Assembly: GCF_001194135.2 (NCBI RefSeq)
Contig: NC_068985.1
Coordinates: 31,447,755 to 31,511,754, forward strand
Direction of reading: 5' to 3'
Source of the DNA: Octopus bimaculoides
Taxonomy: Eukaryota
DNA length: 64,000 nucleotides
Positions within the stretch are counted from its first letter, which is position 1, and every line of letters starts with the position of its first letter. Shown here one piece after another: positions 38,123 to 52,800 of the stretch. Under the pieces are notes generated by a model. It did not search any database. It was not told the origin of the DNA and saw nothing but the letters and a program-made list of their open reading frames with translations. The position numbers were made by a program, and so were the translations under genes.

Positions 38123-38192
38123 CTGCACACATATATATATATATATATATATAATTAATATAAGCAGCTATGCACAATAGAGGAAAAATTTA

Positions 38193-38358
38193 ACCATTAC
38201 TAATTGTGACTGAGGGTACTGAATAGCACCTATATTGCTAGAAATAAGAGTTAAAACCCTTAAAGCTGCATGTGTGCTTATGTAGCTTTAAGGGTTTTAA
38301 CTCTTATTTCTAGTAATATAGGTGCTGTTTAGCACACTCAGTCACAATTAGTGATGAT
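38193..38358. repeat. Near-perfect palindrome (76-bp arms, 8-nt loop)
   Basis: 38196-38271 pairs with 38280-38355; flanked by TA on both sides. Confidence 0.9.
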
Positions 38359-39625
38359 TATATATATATATAAGCAACAAGGATATCCAAAGTTAATGCA
38401 GTACGATCGTTTCATGTGACCCCATTTAATTAAGCAATGTGAACATTACATCAAATATAAAATGTAGAACAATCTTCAGCTGCACAAAGATATAGAAATT
38501 TAATGAAATTACATTTAAACAGAAGGACATATTTTTATAATTAAATCTAAACTCTCGAAGTTGAAAGGAAGAATACAAAAAAATCATTTTGACTTAGCCA
38601 GGCCATACAGGCTAGTAAATAATTCTAAGCAGATTTTTAACTATCACTGATTTTATTTGTTTTTTCGTTTCTGATTTATGGACTATCTTATCAGACCTAG
38701 TGATATATCACCTTATTTTGAAACTGTATGGATAATACCATACTTAATTCTGGTGCCTAAACTTAAGTACCATATTCACCTGAATCTAAATTTATATATA
38801 TATATATATATGGTGCAGCCTGTGGCTTGCCAGTCCTCAGTCAAATCGTCCAACCCATGCTAGCATGGAAAGCGGACGTTAAATGATGATGATATATATA
38901 NNNNNNNNNNNNNNNNNNNNNNNNNNNNNNNNNNNNNNNNNNNNNNNNNNNNNNNNNNNNNNNNNNNNNNNNNNNNNNNNNNNNNNNNNNNNNNNNNNNN
39001 NNNNNNNNNNNNNNNNNNNNNNNNNNNNNNNNNNNNNNNNNNNNNNNNNNNNNNNNNNNNNNNNNNNNNNNNNNNNNNNNNNNNNNNNNNNNNNNNNNNN
39101 NNNNNNNNNNNNNNNNNNNNNNNNNNNNNNNNNNNNNNNNNNNNNNNNNNNNNNNNNNNNNNNNNNNNNNNNNNNNNNNNNNNNNNNNNNNNNNNNNNNN
39201 NNNNNNNNNNNNNNNNNNNNNNNNNNNNNNNNNNNNNNNNNNNNNNNNNNNNNNNNNNNNNNNNNNNNNNNNNNNNNNNNNNNNNNNNNNNNNNNNNNNN
39301 NNNNNNNNNNNNNNNNNNNNNNNNNNNNNNNNNNNNNNNNNNNNNNNNNNNNNNNNNNNNNNNNNNNNNNNNNNNNNNNNNNNNNNNNNNNNNNNNNNNN
39401 NNNNNNNNNNNNNNNNNNNNNNNNNNNNNNNNNNNNNNNNNNNNNNNNNNNNNNNNNNNNNNNNNNNNNNNNNNNNNNNNNNNNNNNNNNNNNNNNNNNN
39501 NNNNNNNNNNNNNNNNNNNNNNNNNNNNNNNNNNNNNNNNNNNNNNNNNNNNNNNNNNNNNNNNNNNNNNNNNNNNNNNNNNNNNNNNNNNNNNNNNNNN
39601 NTATATATATATATATATATCTGTG

Positions 39626-39672
<47 letters not shown>

Positions 39673-39759
39673 ACAATATTAAAAATAAATATTATTCCAA
39701 AGTAGCCATAGCATTACCTTTAATTCTATAATTCTATATTTTAAGATGAACACATGTTT

Positions 39760-41300
39760 CAATTGCGCCAATTAGTAATTGTTGCATTTTCAACCTGACT
39801 TTAAAATGGTGCAGTCTCTTCAAGGTCTTCACTTGATATCCCTCAGTATGGCCATTTAATGATTTTCTTTTATAAACTCTGCGTTGTATAATTTAGAGCT
39901 GTCCATTAAGTCAGGCGCGAACAATCTCTAGTACAAGTTCTTATTGGATAATCATTTTCAGTCCATGATTTCAAAATCTTGTATAGTTTAAATGATATAG
40001 AAGCCAAGCCAAAACAGACAATTGAAGCATGACGCAGCATATATGTAATATGTTTTCTACATTGGTGACCCAAATGTGATTAAAAAATGTCCCATTGTGA
40101 CTTTAGTTTCCAGATATATCTCTTGTTTCAAGATTTGTTTGAACATTTTTAAAATTACCATAGAGGCTGTCTTATTTTCTACTTGTCATTGCAACATTTT
40201 CTCTTATATTTTCTGATGTAACATACATGGGTTGGGTAAAGACAAACCTTAAGGTGCACCATTTATGATTGAGATACCACCAGCTTTCCAAGCAGAGATC
40301 AGTTTCATCCCTTTGATCCTAATGATCCTACCATCTGCACAAGTAGAGGCAAAGTTTCTGAGGCACAATATATAACCACAAACTATGCACCAAACCTGTA
40401 TTATAAAGCTTACTTCAACTAGAGTTAGCATTAGAGATGAGAGACCTGATAATGGCCCCAGCACCTACTGAAAGCTACACAACTTTAGAGAAAGAATTTA
40501 TTATGCATACTTCTACTTCTCAACAAATATCTATGGTATCTTCTCTTTTCAGAAAAATTTATTGACTGCACATTATCTACATCCCACATAGAATGCACCA
40601 GCTATCAGGAGATAACACATTAGAGAATGCTTTTTCTAACAATTATTTCTTTGTTGGTTCACAGCAAATATGTATCTCATTCTTGCATCAACTAAGGATA
40701 ATGTATCAATTGAATTGATGGACTAGACAGTGCAGGTTCCTTAGGCCTTATTCTCATTAATACATTTGAACTTGTTGCACCAGTACCTAACCTTACAATA
40801 CAGAAGCAGTCAGAAGCAGTGGCTCTCAGCACTGAAGTTGTAAATTTGACACATTAGATGCAAGTACTTCAACATAGCTTCATCAGGATTGACACTGAAG
40901 CTAAAGCAAAGGAAATAACAGGTTACATGACCTTTCATGTCAATGCTTAATGTAACATCAGTTTTGTAAGGCATGAGGAATAGCAATGCTGATATCATTG
41001 GAAGCTCAGTGACAATGCTAGTAAGTGTATATCAAGCCTTGGTCACATGACAGCCACTCTCCATAAAAATGTTTAGATGGATGTTCATTACAAAAATATC
41101 TACTCCTATTCCCAGAACAGATTCCCATTGTAACAAAAATCTTTGCTAAGATCCAATCTGCTAACCATTCAATTCACTTGTAGTAGATCTAAATCTTGTT
41201 TTCCCATTGCTCTTATTGTTACCAACCTTGTTTTCGCATCATTATTATTGCTAATTTTTAATCTGCACTGGAGACATAAAACTTGCCAGAGTGTCTTGTA
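39760..41300 (-). mobile_element. Highly degenerate L1/Tx1-like LINE ORF2
   Basis: Fragmentary motifs (AGGISIIN; SLVDARM, near the ISL.N.D.RI motif) with many stops. Confidence 0.4.
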
Positions 41301-42766
41301 TCATGTTAAGCATGACACAATCAACTGCAGTTACGACCAGCAATTGTTGAGATAACTGACTACTATTAACTGAGCTGCCAATCAACCTGTCTCACACACA
41401 CATTCATACAAATACTGTAACAAACACTTTTGTGTATGCTATCTAATCAGTATATGCTTGAAGTGACAGAAATTCAAAATATAAATTTTTGCAAAATGTT
41501 ATAAATTTTTATATAAGCAACAAATACATTTACAATTTACCAACATTGCTAATCTAAAGTTTAATTTATAATATGTTTGCATCTTGGTTAATTTGATCTG
41601 TTAGTGGCTATTATGTACCATCAAGTTACTGACTCCATGACCAGCCTTACTGTATGAGGGATCACCACATGTATGTCTTTAGTCATCACAATGTAAATGA
41701 AGAAGCAATTTCAACAAGGTATGACTCTTCTTTCAAAAGCACCCAGGGATTGCATGTCCACTGAATAGCAACAGTGACTATGAGAGCAATTCATTAATCA
41801 TATGCATTTTTCATTATTCTTATATTCTTACATTAGTCTTACATCTACATAGGTCTATACATTTGGGACAATGAGAAAGCCCCCTATGTAACCCCATAAC
41901 TGGCTAAAAATAGTAACCATATATTCATCACATTACACCATAAGACACATTGGACTATGAAATCCTATTACAAGGTGCCTATATATATTAAAAAAAAAAA
42001 GTATATTCATGGCAGAAATGTATTTGAACATAGATTTACTGAATAAAGTTTGACCTGTTCAAGGTCAACTTAAAAACATTATATCATTATAGGTCTCTGA
42101 GCAAAGTGGTGTGCCCTTAGTATTTATTTACTGATAGCAAGTAACAGTATACACAGATTTGCATTGGGTCCCTAGACCCATAAGGCACCAAGGCAACTGC
42201 CCACTGCATCTATGCCTTCAGCCACCTTTGACAGTTAATTTTAAAACTACTATTTAGATAAAAGCATGTTCCTTTTGGAATATATTTAAAAATTAAGAGA
42301 TGAAGGAAGAAATGCATTTTACATAGACAATTCTGAATAGATCCAATATTTAAAATGAATGAAAGCATTATGATTTTTGTCACAAAAGAAAGACAAAAAA
42401 ATCAAAAACACACCTACTGCAACCTTATTTAATTCTAAGCAAAAGCTGAATAATTTCAGCTTACTAACACATGTTCAAATTCATTCTCACGAATCTTTAA
42501 GATTAATAACCTGATATATATGCTGTGATGAATAGCTATTTCTGACATAAGTCAGTGACATATGACATCACATGTTGATAAACAAATTAAAAATATTATC
42601 TTCACCCATTCAAACTGACTTACAAACCTTTATGTATAGTTTTTGTCATCTTATTTAATCAGTCAAATATGTTTTAAACTCTGTTCCCATTTACTACAGG
42701 TATATATTCATGTTTATGTTTTTGTGTAATGAAGCACAAACATAAATAATATTTATATATATATAA

Positions 42767-45038
42767 CTAGCAGGAGTTCCCGGCGTTGCTCGGGGCTGAA
42801 TTGCTTTAAAGTACTGTTAATGATTCTACTCAATTATGATTATTGAGGCAAAGATTGATATAAGTTAACACCCAACCAATCGATTTGCAACTGGATAGAA
42901 AGCTCTGCAAAGAGCATTGCAACACTCTAAGAAGGGGTAACAATAGAATGTGAGGTGGCCCTGAAAAGGCTGTGTTATCATTCTCACAATTGTAACAATT
43001 TGGTAGGTAGTCCTGGAAGGGTGTGTAAAACGTTCGCAGATGAATACGGCATGTTCCTTTTCCACCAACGGCAGCGGACGTGCTGCTACAAAACTTCATG
43101 CTCTGTGAAAACAGAACAGATGCCCTATGGAGGAAAGAGGGGGGATTAATCATACGGGTAAGTTTGAAAGCATTCAACAATAGCACCTACTCACCATATA
43201 TCAGACTGGCAAGAGTGTAGTGGTGCTGAATAGATGAATCACAACACCTCTGTCATGGAGATGTTGTGTAAAATGACCTGTTACTTTCGAATATTTTGTA
43301 TTTGATGTAAAATGTAATGGTGTAAAATATAATGGTGAGTGAGGATGTATGTATTTAGTTTTATCGACTTTTGAAGTTTTGTTATTTGATGTAAATTGTA
43401 ATGGAGTGTAAGAGATAGTTACTTCATGTAATTATTTTTATCCATTTGTTTCATTGATTGCCGTTATGATTACATTTGTTGTATAAAATGATATGTTGCT
43501 TGGTTTTCAAATTGTATGTTGTGATCCTGTTGCCGCTGATGTGAACTGTAATGTTGAGAGAGGAGATGGAAGTGGGGAGATGTTTCATGTATGTGGGATG
43601 TAGAAGATGAGGCTGGTATGTTGACAAAGGGAGGGAAATAGAGCTGAGCGGAAGCCAGGTGTTGGTGAAGTGTGAAGTAATTGCAGGGAACCACCTAAAA
43701 ATGTAAATGTTGTCATAAAAGCATTGTTGACTGTTTGAGAATCGTATGGAAGTGAAATAGTAATGTGTCCGTGTTCCTCCGATGCCTGCTGAATGGGGGT
43801 TGGTGAGGAAGAACAGCTGATTTTTGAGCAGGGCCTGATTTTTAATGAAGCTTGTAACGCCGCAAGAATCAGCCTTTTTACAGCTGATGGTTGGGAGTGT
43901 CAAGTGCACTGCAATGAATATTAACCTACACCTACTTAGAAATTACTGACAAAAAGGCAAAAAATTTTTTAAAAATTAGAAAAAGTTATAAAATTAGGAA
44001 GTGAAGTAATCCTATAAAACCTCCTTGTACACAATGTTTTTTTTGTTTTTCCTTGTGGAATGAATGCAAAAGCATCACTCTTGCTGCCCACACACAAGCA
44101 GTCAACGGAAAGCTGACCATGAGAGAAACACGGCTCCCCCAAATGTATTCCCGCGACAGACAGCGTTTGCCCCTGTGCTTNNNNNNNNNNNNNNNNNNNN
44201 NNNNNNNNNNNNNNNNNNNNNNNNNNNNNNNNNNNNNNNNNNNNNNNNNNNNNNNNNNNNNNNNNNNNNNNNNNNNNNNNNNNNNNNNNNNNNNNNNNNN
44301 NNNNNNNNNNNNNNNNNNNNNNNNNNNNNNNNNNNNNNNNNNNNNNNNNNNNNNNNNNNNNNNNNNNNNNNNNNNNNNNNNNNNNNNNNNNNNNNNNNNN
44401 NNNTGTGGCGACTGGGGCGATTTCTCTTTTACGATGGCATTGATTGTCTGAAAGAAAGGGTGAAAGTACTGAGAAATTGTCTTGGAAAGTATGCGTAAAA
44501 TTGAAGGGGGAAAAGGTGACAAGAAACGGCAAACAAATAAATAAACTGACAGGCATTAGTATGTATGTGTGTATGTATATATATATATATATATATGGTA
44601 GTAAGTAAATGTGTTTTAAAAATGATTTTCAAGAAACTCACAGTTTGTAGGGAATAAATGTTTGACTGTCGATCGTATTTGGAAAAGACTGACAGATATT
44701 TGTATGTATGGGTTTATTTGTACGTATGTATGTAGTTTCACTTTAATAGTTTCAGTATTAAAGTAAAACTATTAAAGTGAAACTGTCTGACATTAGAATA
44801 GAGAGATGTTATTGTTTCACTTTTGACACGTAATACTGCAATAGTGGAGGAGATGTGATATTGCACTGGGCTCGCACTAGACAAGAAATTAAAAATTTTT
44901 TGGCCTAAAACACTACCTGGACGCTAAGTAAGGCATGTGTAAAATTTGAATGAAATTGGTTGTGTAGTTCTCAAGTTTTAGGGATTCACACAGACAGACT
45001 CACAGACACACATTCTCATCTGTATATGTATAGATAGA
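42767..45038 (-). mobile_element. Helitron remnant with both termini
   Basis: - strand 5' A|TC at 45038; 3' hairpin CCCGAGCAACGCCGGG (42794-42779) then CTAG|T (42770-42767). Internal Rep-like fragments (KFCS...GKGTCRIHL; VNNAFMTTF-like). Confidence 0.8.
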
Positions 45039-46603
45039 TGCACAGAGTACTTATATTTATAGAATAAATCACTGAGATAAATTATTCATAGATGCCACTG
45101 ATATGGAGGACAATAATCAAATTAATGTTAACAATGTAGAGAAGAATTGTGTAATAAGATTTATGGCCTGCATTCTTCTTGATTAGTTAATGAATCATTA
45201 TTTCAGGAAGTACACTAAAGTCTATACTTCACCCAGGAGATTTAAAAATACCAAAATATGTTCAGAGCTGTCTCCCATATTTACTAAAATAATTAAAATA
45301 TTAGTTATTGATCTAATGTGTTTTCACCATCCAATAGTTATTTTTCATATTCACAACATTAAATATATCAACACTAATTTTAAAACTGTTATGCAGAGAA
45401 AAGCATGTCACTCTTTAAATTTATTTGAAAATCAATAGATGAAGGAAGAAATACAATGTATGTTTATATTTGCATGAATTCCATAACCTTATTGACTGAT
45501 ATTCCTGCTACTCTGTATTTTCTTTCTAACAATGTAAGTTTTGATTGAGGATCAGGAATTAATAAGAAACAATCAAATTTCAAGTAATTAGTTCTAAATT
45601 TTCTTTGCTAATGAATTTTATTGTGATAATTATTTAGAAAATCAAATAGTGTATTAATGTGAAAATATTGTATGAGAATATGTACAATTCTATATGAGAA
45701 ACCTTGTATTAGAATCCACAAAAGAAATAATGAACATGAAAATTAAAAGCATTTAGTTCTACAAACTGCAAAAACAAAAATAATATATCAAAGAAGGAAA
45801 GAAAAATGAAAAAGAAAAGGATAAGTCATATACTTTAATCTGTAATCTAATGACGTAAGTTTATCCAAATCTTTTTATTTATCAGCTTCTCTACTCTAAT
45901 TGAAGAAGATAAATTTTATTGTATTACTAATTGCATCATTTGATAGATTGACTACTCTCACACTCCAATTAATTTCTCGTTTATACATTTCATGAGAGAT
46001 TGATACTTAAAGTTATTGTAAATGATCTCCTGTTTTAAAGGCAGCAAAGCTTCCATTCTCAGGTCAGGTGATCTATCAAATGGCACCTAATATGATCTTA
46101 AATCTAATGCAAAACAACAATGAAGGTTGTAGTTATCGAGAAACATTTATTTATATTTTTTTGTATTTGGCAAGAAGAAGATTATTTATCTTCTCAAATC
46201 ACCTACTCTTGTATTATGAGAAGAGAAATAAGTTAACTCTGATAGGATAATTTCTTGAATTACTATCTAAAGAAATGCTTTACATTCTTTTGAAATTAAT
46301 GACTAATGGCTAGTATTTGGCGGATGAAAAGACATCAAACTGTCCACCAGATTCTGTTTATTTGCTTTCATTGAAAAACACTTATGTTGAACACAGTTAA
46401 AATGTTAGAGTTCAATTTCAGCTGCTCCACTATTGCAGAGATTGATTTAATTTGTATAACATTTTTTATAAAAAAAGAAAAAATTAATAGATATGCTTGT
46501 ATGAACAACCTTTAGAGGATATGATTTTTGCTGTTATTATGGTTTAAAGATATTTAAAAAAACAAATATCCAATGCTTATATTTCAAGCATTAGTTAGTT
46601 TAA

Positions 46604-46823
46604 TCCTTTAGTGTTTAAACCGGCTGTATCCAGCACAAATATTCTACCCATTTTATGCTCAAACTGGCCAGGACCAGCATCACACATCTATCCTGCTATG
46701 TCATTCTAAAAATAAACAATTGCATCTTTCAAATCTTGAAGCTACAAGATAATACCAGATTATTTTTTTTTAATGTGCATAAAGAAGGATTACGTTTGAC
46801 AAAGTAATCTGAACACTAAAGGA
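46604..46823. mobile_element. piggyBac-type MITE
   Basis: TTAA|TCCTTTAGTGTT...AACACTAAAGGA|TTAA. Confidence 0.75.
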
Positions 46824-49800
46824 TTAAACTAGCATTATCATACTACAATCTGTACTTACAAATTTAGACAAGCAAACCTGGAAAATACCTTTGTCTTTTC
46901 TGGTAATACAAATTTCTAGAAGTGTTTGTTTTTGTTTGGAATTCTATCTGCAGCAATATTTTTCTCAATTATATGAAATAGCAAAGAACTTACTTTAGGA
47001 CAATTATGTTATCTTTATTTTTCTCTTCTATTAGAGCAAAGAAATATATATCATAAAGTCCTTGTCATCAAATGAAATGTTAAATCCACATCAGAATTAG
47101 ATAAAGAAAAATAATTAAGTATTGGATATTTATTAGGATTTCTTTTGATAGTTATTATTCCTTAAAGAGTAATTATCTAAGTTATTATTTCAAATGATAG
47201 ATGATTTTTAAAAGGGTTGGGGTTAGAAAGAAAACATAATTTAAAATGATATTTCCAAATGCAGAAAATATATTCAGTTGCTAAAATTTAGGAATCAATA
47301 AATAAGCAAGTCCATCAAATTAAAGATTGAAGAATTTGCAATTATTGAAGCACAAATATTCATTTTTAGTGGCTTAAACAATAGAGAAGGGTAGCATTGG
47401 TGACTGGTGGGAGGAAGGGAAGGATTTCTCCTCAGACTAGAGATCTGGCTTGAATGCTTGCAACATTATTTCTCATAAAGATACCCAAGGATCAAGTAGA
47501 GGTGTTAAACCAGGCAACAGATTAAATCTACCACAGAAGAACATGACTTCCAAGTTTAGTTGACATGTGGCCATGATGGAAGAAACATGCCCAAGGTGCT
47601 GTACTTTGGGATTGAAATCAATGCCATGTAGTTGTAAAATATATTTCTTAATCACACAGCCATGGCTACACCTATACTTAGAACACAATTAATCATAGGC
47701 CTGATGAAAAGGAAAGTGCAGTTTTAGAGCAGATAGGATGAACATATTAAGAACATACTTGATCATAGATCTGCTGGAAAGAGAAGTGGAATGGTGTAGT
47801 GTATAAATTGAAAACCTTATTCAAATATTTAAAGGGGCTGTTTCATTCAAATATTTCATTCACAGGAAAAAAATATTTGGTAGAATTCTAAGATATACTG
47901 ATAATTACTTTGATCAGTATCATCCTTATCATATAAAGGCATATTCAATATATATATGATTTATGTAAAAGAGACAAAAATTTGAGGGGAGAAAAGAAAT
48001 TGATATAACTTTCTATCAGTTTTGATGATGAAAAGGCAATTGTTTGATCAACTAAATTATCTGTCCATTGAATGCATCTGTAAGTGGCTGACCATTCCAC
48101 AGACATGTATACCATTAATGTAATCTTCAGGTAGAATCAGTGTGACATGGCTTAACTTTTGAAACACCAATACAATCCATTAAACAGGCAGCTGTACAGT
48201 TTCTGTCTCTCCAATTTCACTCACAAGGTTTAGGTTGATCCAACATAATAATACAAGGCACCAAAGATTCTATGCAGTAAGTCTGAACACAGAACCTTGT
48301 GATTGTGAAGCAAATTTCTTAACCATTCAGCGAAGCTGCATCTACTTAGAGGGTGTACATGCAGAATAAATCTGTGTATGTATAATATGTACAATGAACT
48401 ATTTTATTGATTCCTAATTGGAAAAATTGCCTTTTCTCAACTAAGATTATTTCAAGGTCGAGAGCAATAGTTTTGATGCACATGTGATGCTTAGATACCT
48501 TATATTGTCTACTTTGGTACCATACTTTTTATATTTTCAAATGTGTCTAGTGTTGAGTTTGCATATCAGTATGTATAGAGAAGAAGTGTAGCATATTTTT
48601 TCCTCACATCATATAAAAACTGTTATTGTATTTCTCACATGAAACAGAATTGCTATATGGTTATCAAACAGTAATCTACTGTTGAATTAGGTGTCTGATA
48701 AGCAATTTGCTAAGTAAAATTTGTATTTAAATAAATACAGATCATGCTGAAACTGAATAGGTGTCTGACTGAATAAAGAAATTCAGGCAACAACAAAAAT
48801 GAGGCTATGTGCAGTGAACAAAATGGTGTGCATACAGGAAAAAAGTGGAGTTCAATATAAAATAATGTATATATAGTTTAGTGTATAATGTCAAAGTCAC
48901 ATAGTGGACATTATAAAGAGAAATGTAAGTGGAAAAATATTTCTTGACATATACTGAGAGAACATTTCAAATACTAAGAATGTATGATAAGTAAATATTC
49001 AGAATTATGAGTGTATGGTTGAAAGAGTGTATATGTGTGAGAGAGTGTCTGTATCATCTTACTGTGGTAAACTCTGATACAAATGAAAACAACAAAACAA
49101 AACAGAAAAACAATACTGTTCATATAAAAAAAATAAAATTAGCTCAAAAAGCTACCAATGCTCCTAATGATAAACAACACAAATTAAGAGTGCTCTATAG
49201 ATGTCTATTAATGATTGGTCCAAAATTATGCTAAACAGATCCATGTGACATGCAGGTAGAAATGACTACTTGGCACCTGCTTTGAAGTTTGATTTTGACA
49301 ACTAAAAATGTCATGCAATGCACAAAACTTAATAGTTTGTATGAGTTTTATTTTCATTCCCAGTGCAAGCAGCTGAAAATATTACTATAAAAGTAACAAG
49401 CATCTGCAAGAGTAACACCATAACATTTTAACTAAATTGTAGTGAAATTTAATTGTGAAACTAGTTATGAGGAGCAGCTTCAGGATCTGTGACAATTGTT
49501 TTGAGAACCTTCAGCTGAGTCTTTTCTTCATTTGTTTTTCACTTATGATTTGGCAATAATTTCTTATATTTAATTAGAACCATTAGTGAAGTGATGTCAG
49601 GCATTTTGATTTGCTGACCTCTTTACTGTAAGATTTCAACCTCATGTTTGTGACTAAGTGATGATGAGTGTTAGTATCAGACATTTGACAATTAAAGCAA
49701 GGATTTAATTCTCTGATTTGCTATTATCATGACAACATTAGTCTTTCTATATTCTAAGCTTAAATTTCACTAAAGCTAAATTTCCTTTAATGTCTATGCA

Positions 49801-52800
49801 GTTTAAACTCTCTGAGTACTACACCCTCTGAGTGGTTGGCGTTAGGAAGGGCATCCAGCTGTAGAAACTCTGCCAAATCAGATTGGAGGCTGGTGTTGCC
49901 ATCCGGTTTCACCAGTCCTCAGTCAAATCGTCCAACCCATGCTAGCATGGAAAGCAGGCGTTAAACGATGATGATGATGATGCAGTTTAAAAAAACAAGC
50001 ATGCAAGAAATATACTGTGATAATTCAATCATGACTTCCTTCTATAAAAATTAGCCTTGTGCTTTAGGAAGAAGTCATTAGTATGACAACACCATTGTGT
50101 GCAGCTGTCTTCATGACCTTAGCTCTCAACACCCTTTAGTGATCAAAATTTATCCAGTAACATTCATTTATAAGTTTTCATTTTATTAATGAATTGTGTT
50201 ACAATAGACATTCATAAACGGTATGATGACTCTTTGCTTCAATAAAACTATAACTTCCAGGCCTAAACAGATTATCTTCTGAGCTTTTTGATAATTTTTG
50301 CCAATGGTGATCATATCACTAGCTCCATGGATAAAATTTGGGTGGCATTTTATATTTGTTCTTCATAGTTTCCATAACATGATGTAAATGAGTCTTTATA
50401 TGTAGATTACTTTTCTCACAGATTGTGCCCAGCTGACCCTACTAAACTGTGTAGTCGACACAAACACAGTACATGCACGAAATTAAAAATATAAAATGGT
50501 GACAATTTACTCATCACACCCTGTTTGTTGTATTAGGAATGGAATTATGTCAGTATAGCCTTTAGAATGATAAAGTCAGGCCAGTTCACAAAGACCTATT
50601 GGATCATGCTGGATTATACATGCCATAGTATTTATTGAAGTGTTATCCATTGTTAAGACTGCTTTCAGGGTTCTTGATGCCACTATTCAAGTTTGATGAA
50701 CGAAGGCAAAATAATATTTAAGCAATTGCTAAAGCAACTGAAAGGAAAAAATTGATGCAGTTGCTATATTTGTGCACCTATCATGCAAAACCTGTGCATT
50801 TGTCATCAAAATCTTTTCTTCATAAATGTAAATGTCAAAAATTCTTGATTAAGGTGATGTCCCTGCAAAGCTGTAGTCTAATGACTGACACAAGTAAAAA
50901 ATAAAAGATACCACATGATTCAAAAGGAAATAAAGAATAGAAATATAATATCAGTTCTGAAGAACTTTGAGTACTATATTATCACTAAATTTTTGTTTAA
51001 ATAACAAGAACAAAATTAAATTGAGTTGAGTATAAAGAATCTAATGGTACTCCAAATAACATCACAAATGCTCGATAGATATAGCTTAAAAAACATGACA
51101 AGAAATGCACTGCATATTGCCACAAAGTGGCAATCCTATTTCCTGAAGTAAAGAATATTAACAGCAACAGAGTGTGTAAGCTTTCTTGGACAAGTGACTG
51201 ATAGATCACATTGCATTTTACAGGTCATGTATATGCAATTTCAGAATAAAAGATAACTACAAAATATTTTATTAACAAAAAAGATATTGAAACCTCCAAA
51301 AATCTGAGCTGTTACATGAAATGGTGACTGGAGAATATTTTTTCTGTAGGAGATATAATGCATATAATGATTTCCAAATTTTAGGTGAGGGAATAAGTTG
51401 ATTACATCGACCTCATAGTTCAACTGGTACCTATTTTATCAACCCTGAAAGGGATGGAAAGCTAAGTCTACCTCAGTAGAATTTGAACTCAGAATGTGAA
51501 GACAGATAAAATGTTGCTAAGCATTTTGCCTGGCATGCTAATGATTCTACCAGCTCACTGCCTTCAACATAATACATGTAATAAAATCAGTTGTTGTTTC
51601 AAAATGCAATTAAGGTATGAGACATGTCCTTTCAAAAATAATATACAATGCCTCATGTATGAAGAACTCCCCAAGCATAAGGTTTAACAATATTACTTGT
51701 CTAAATCTTTCCACACAAAGGATATTTGTAAAACAATCAAAAACATTCAAACAAAGCTTCCAACAAATGTAATCACAACATTCACAGTATAATCATCTGG
51801 AAAAGAATTAAATTTAGTTAGGATGTTCACACAGGGTGCTGAAATGAAATTAAATCAATATAAATATTAGCATGTTTGTCACCTAAGGTAAAATCAAGGA
51901 ACATATAAAGAACAATGACATTAACAGTCTATTAATTGCTCTAGTCCTCAATGACAAGCTTAAAATCTCAAGGTATTCTTAAATTCACATATTCTAGCAC
52001 TTTGAATAAGAATGAAGCAATGAAAGTATACTTCTGTAATCAAAGAAATGCTTGAAGGGAATTACCAGATGTTATTACAAGAAATGAAGCACAAATAACT
52101 CTGAAGACTGGTCTTCATTGATACATCAGTGTTAATAAATATAGAACACATTCACACACACACATACCACACACACACACACACACACACATACCACACA
52201 CACACATACCACACACACACATACCACACACACACATACCACACACACACAAGCACACACAAAACACCCACACACCCACCTCTCTCTCTCACACACACAC
52301 ATACACACATCATGAACCTTGTAGTGGTTTTGGCAATGAGTACTCTAGTTGTTTGATTAATGGAACATGTTACACATTGTATCATGGTTAAAATGGCTGA
52401 GTATTCTACAGACAGTTTAATACAAACTAGCATGACATCACGTGGGACAAGGTTTAACACTCAGATCATTGGTACAGTCTCTTCAACTGTTACTTTCATA
52501 TCTAGCATGATATCGGAAAAAAACAAAACAATATGCAACTCCACTTATAAGAATTGATCCTGGAGAAAGGTTCAAAGTGCCACCAATGTAAAATATGTTC
52601 ATAGTTCCAGTCATCATCATCACCATCATCATTTCACATCCATTTTCCATGCTGGTAGGGGTTGAATAATTTGACAGGAGCTGGCCAGCAGGAGAGCTGC
52701 ACCAGGCTCCAATTGTCTGTTTTAGTATGGCTTCTACAGCAGGATGCCCTTCTTAATGCCAACCATTTTACAGAATGTACTGAGTGTTTTTCACGTGGCA

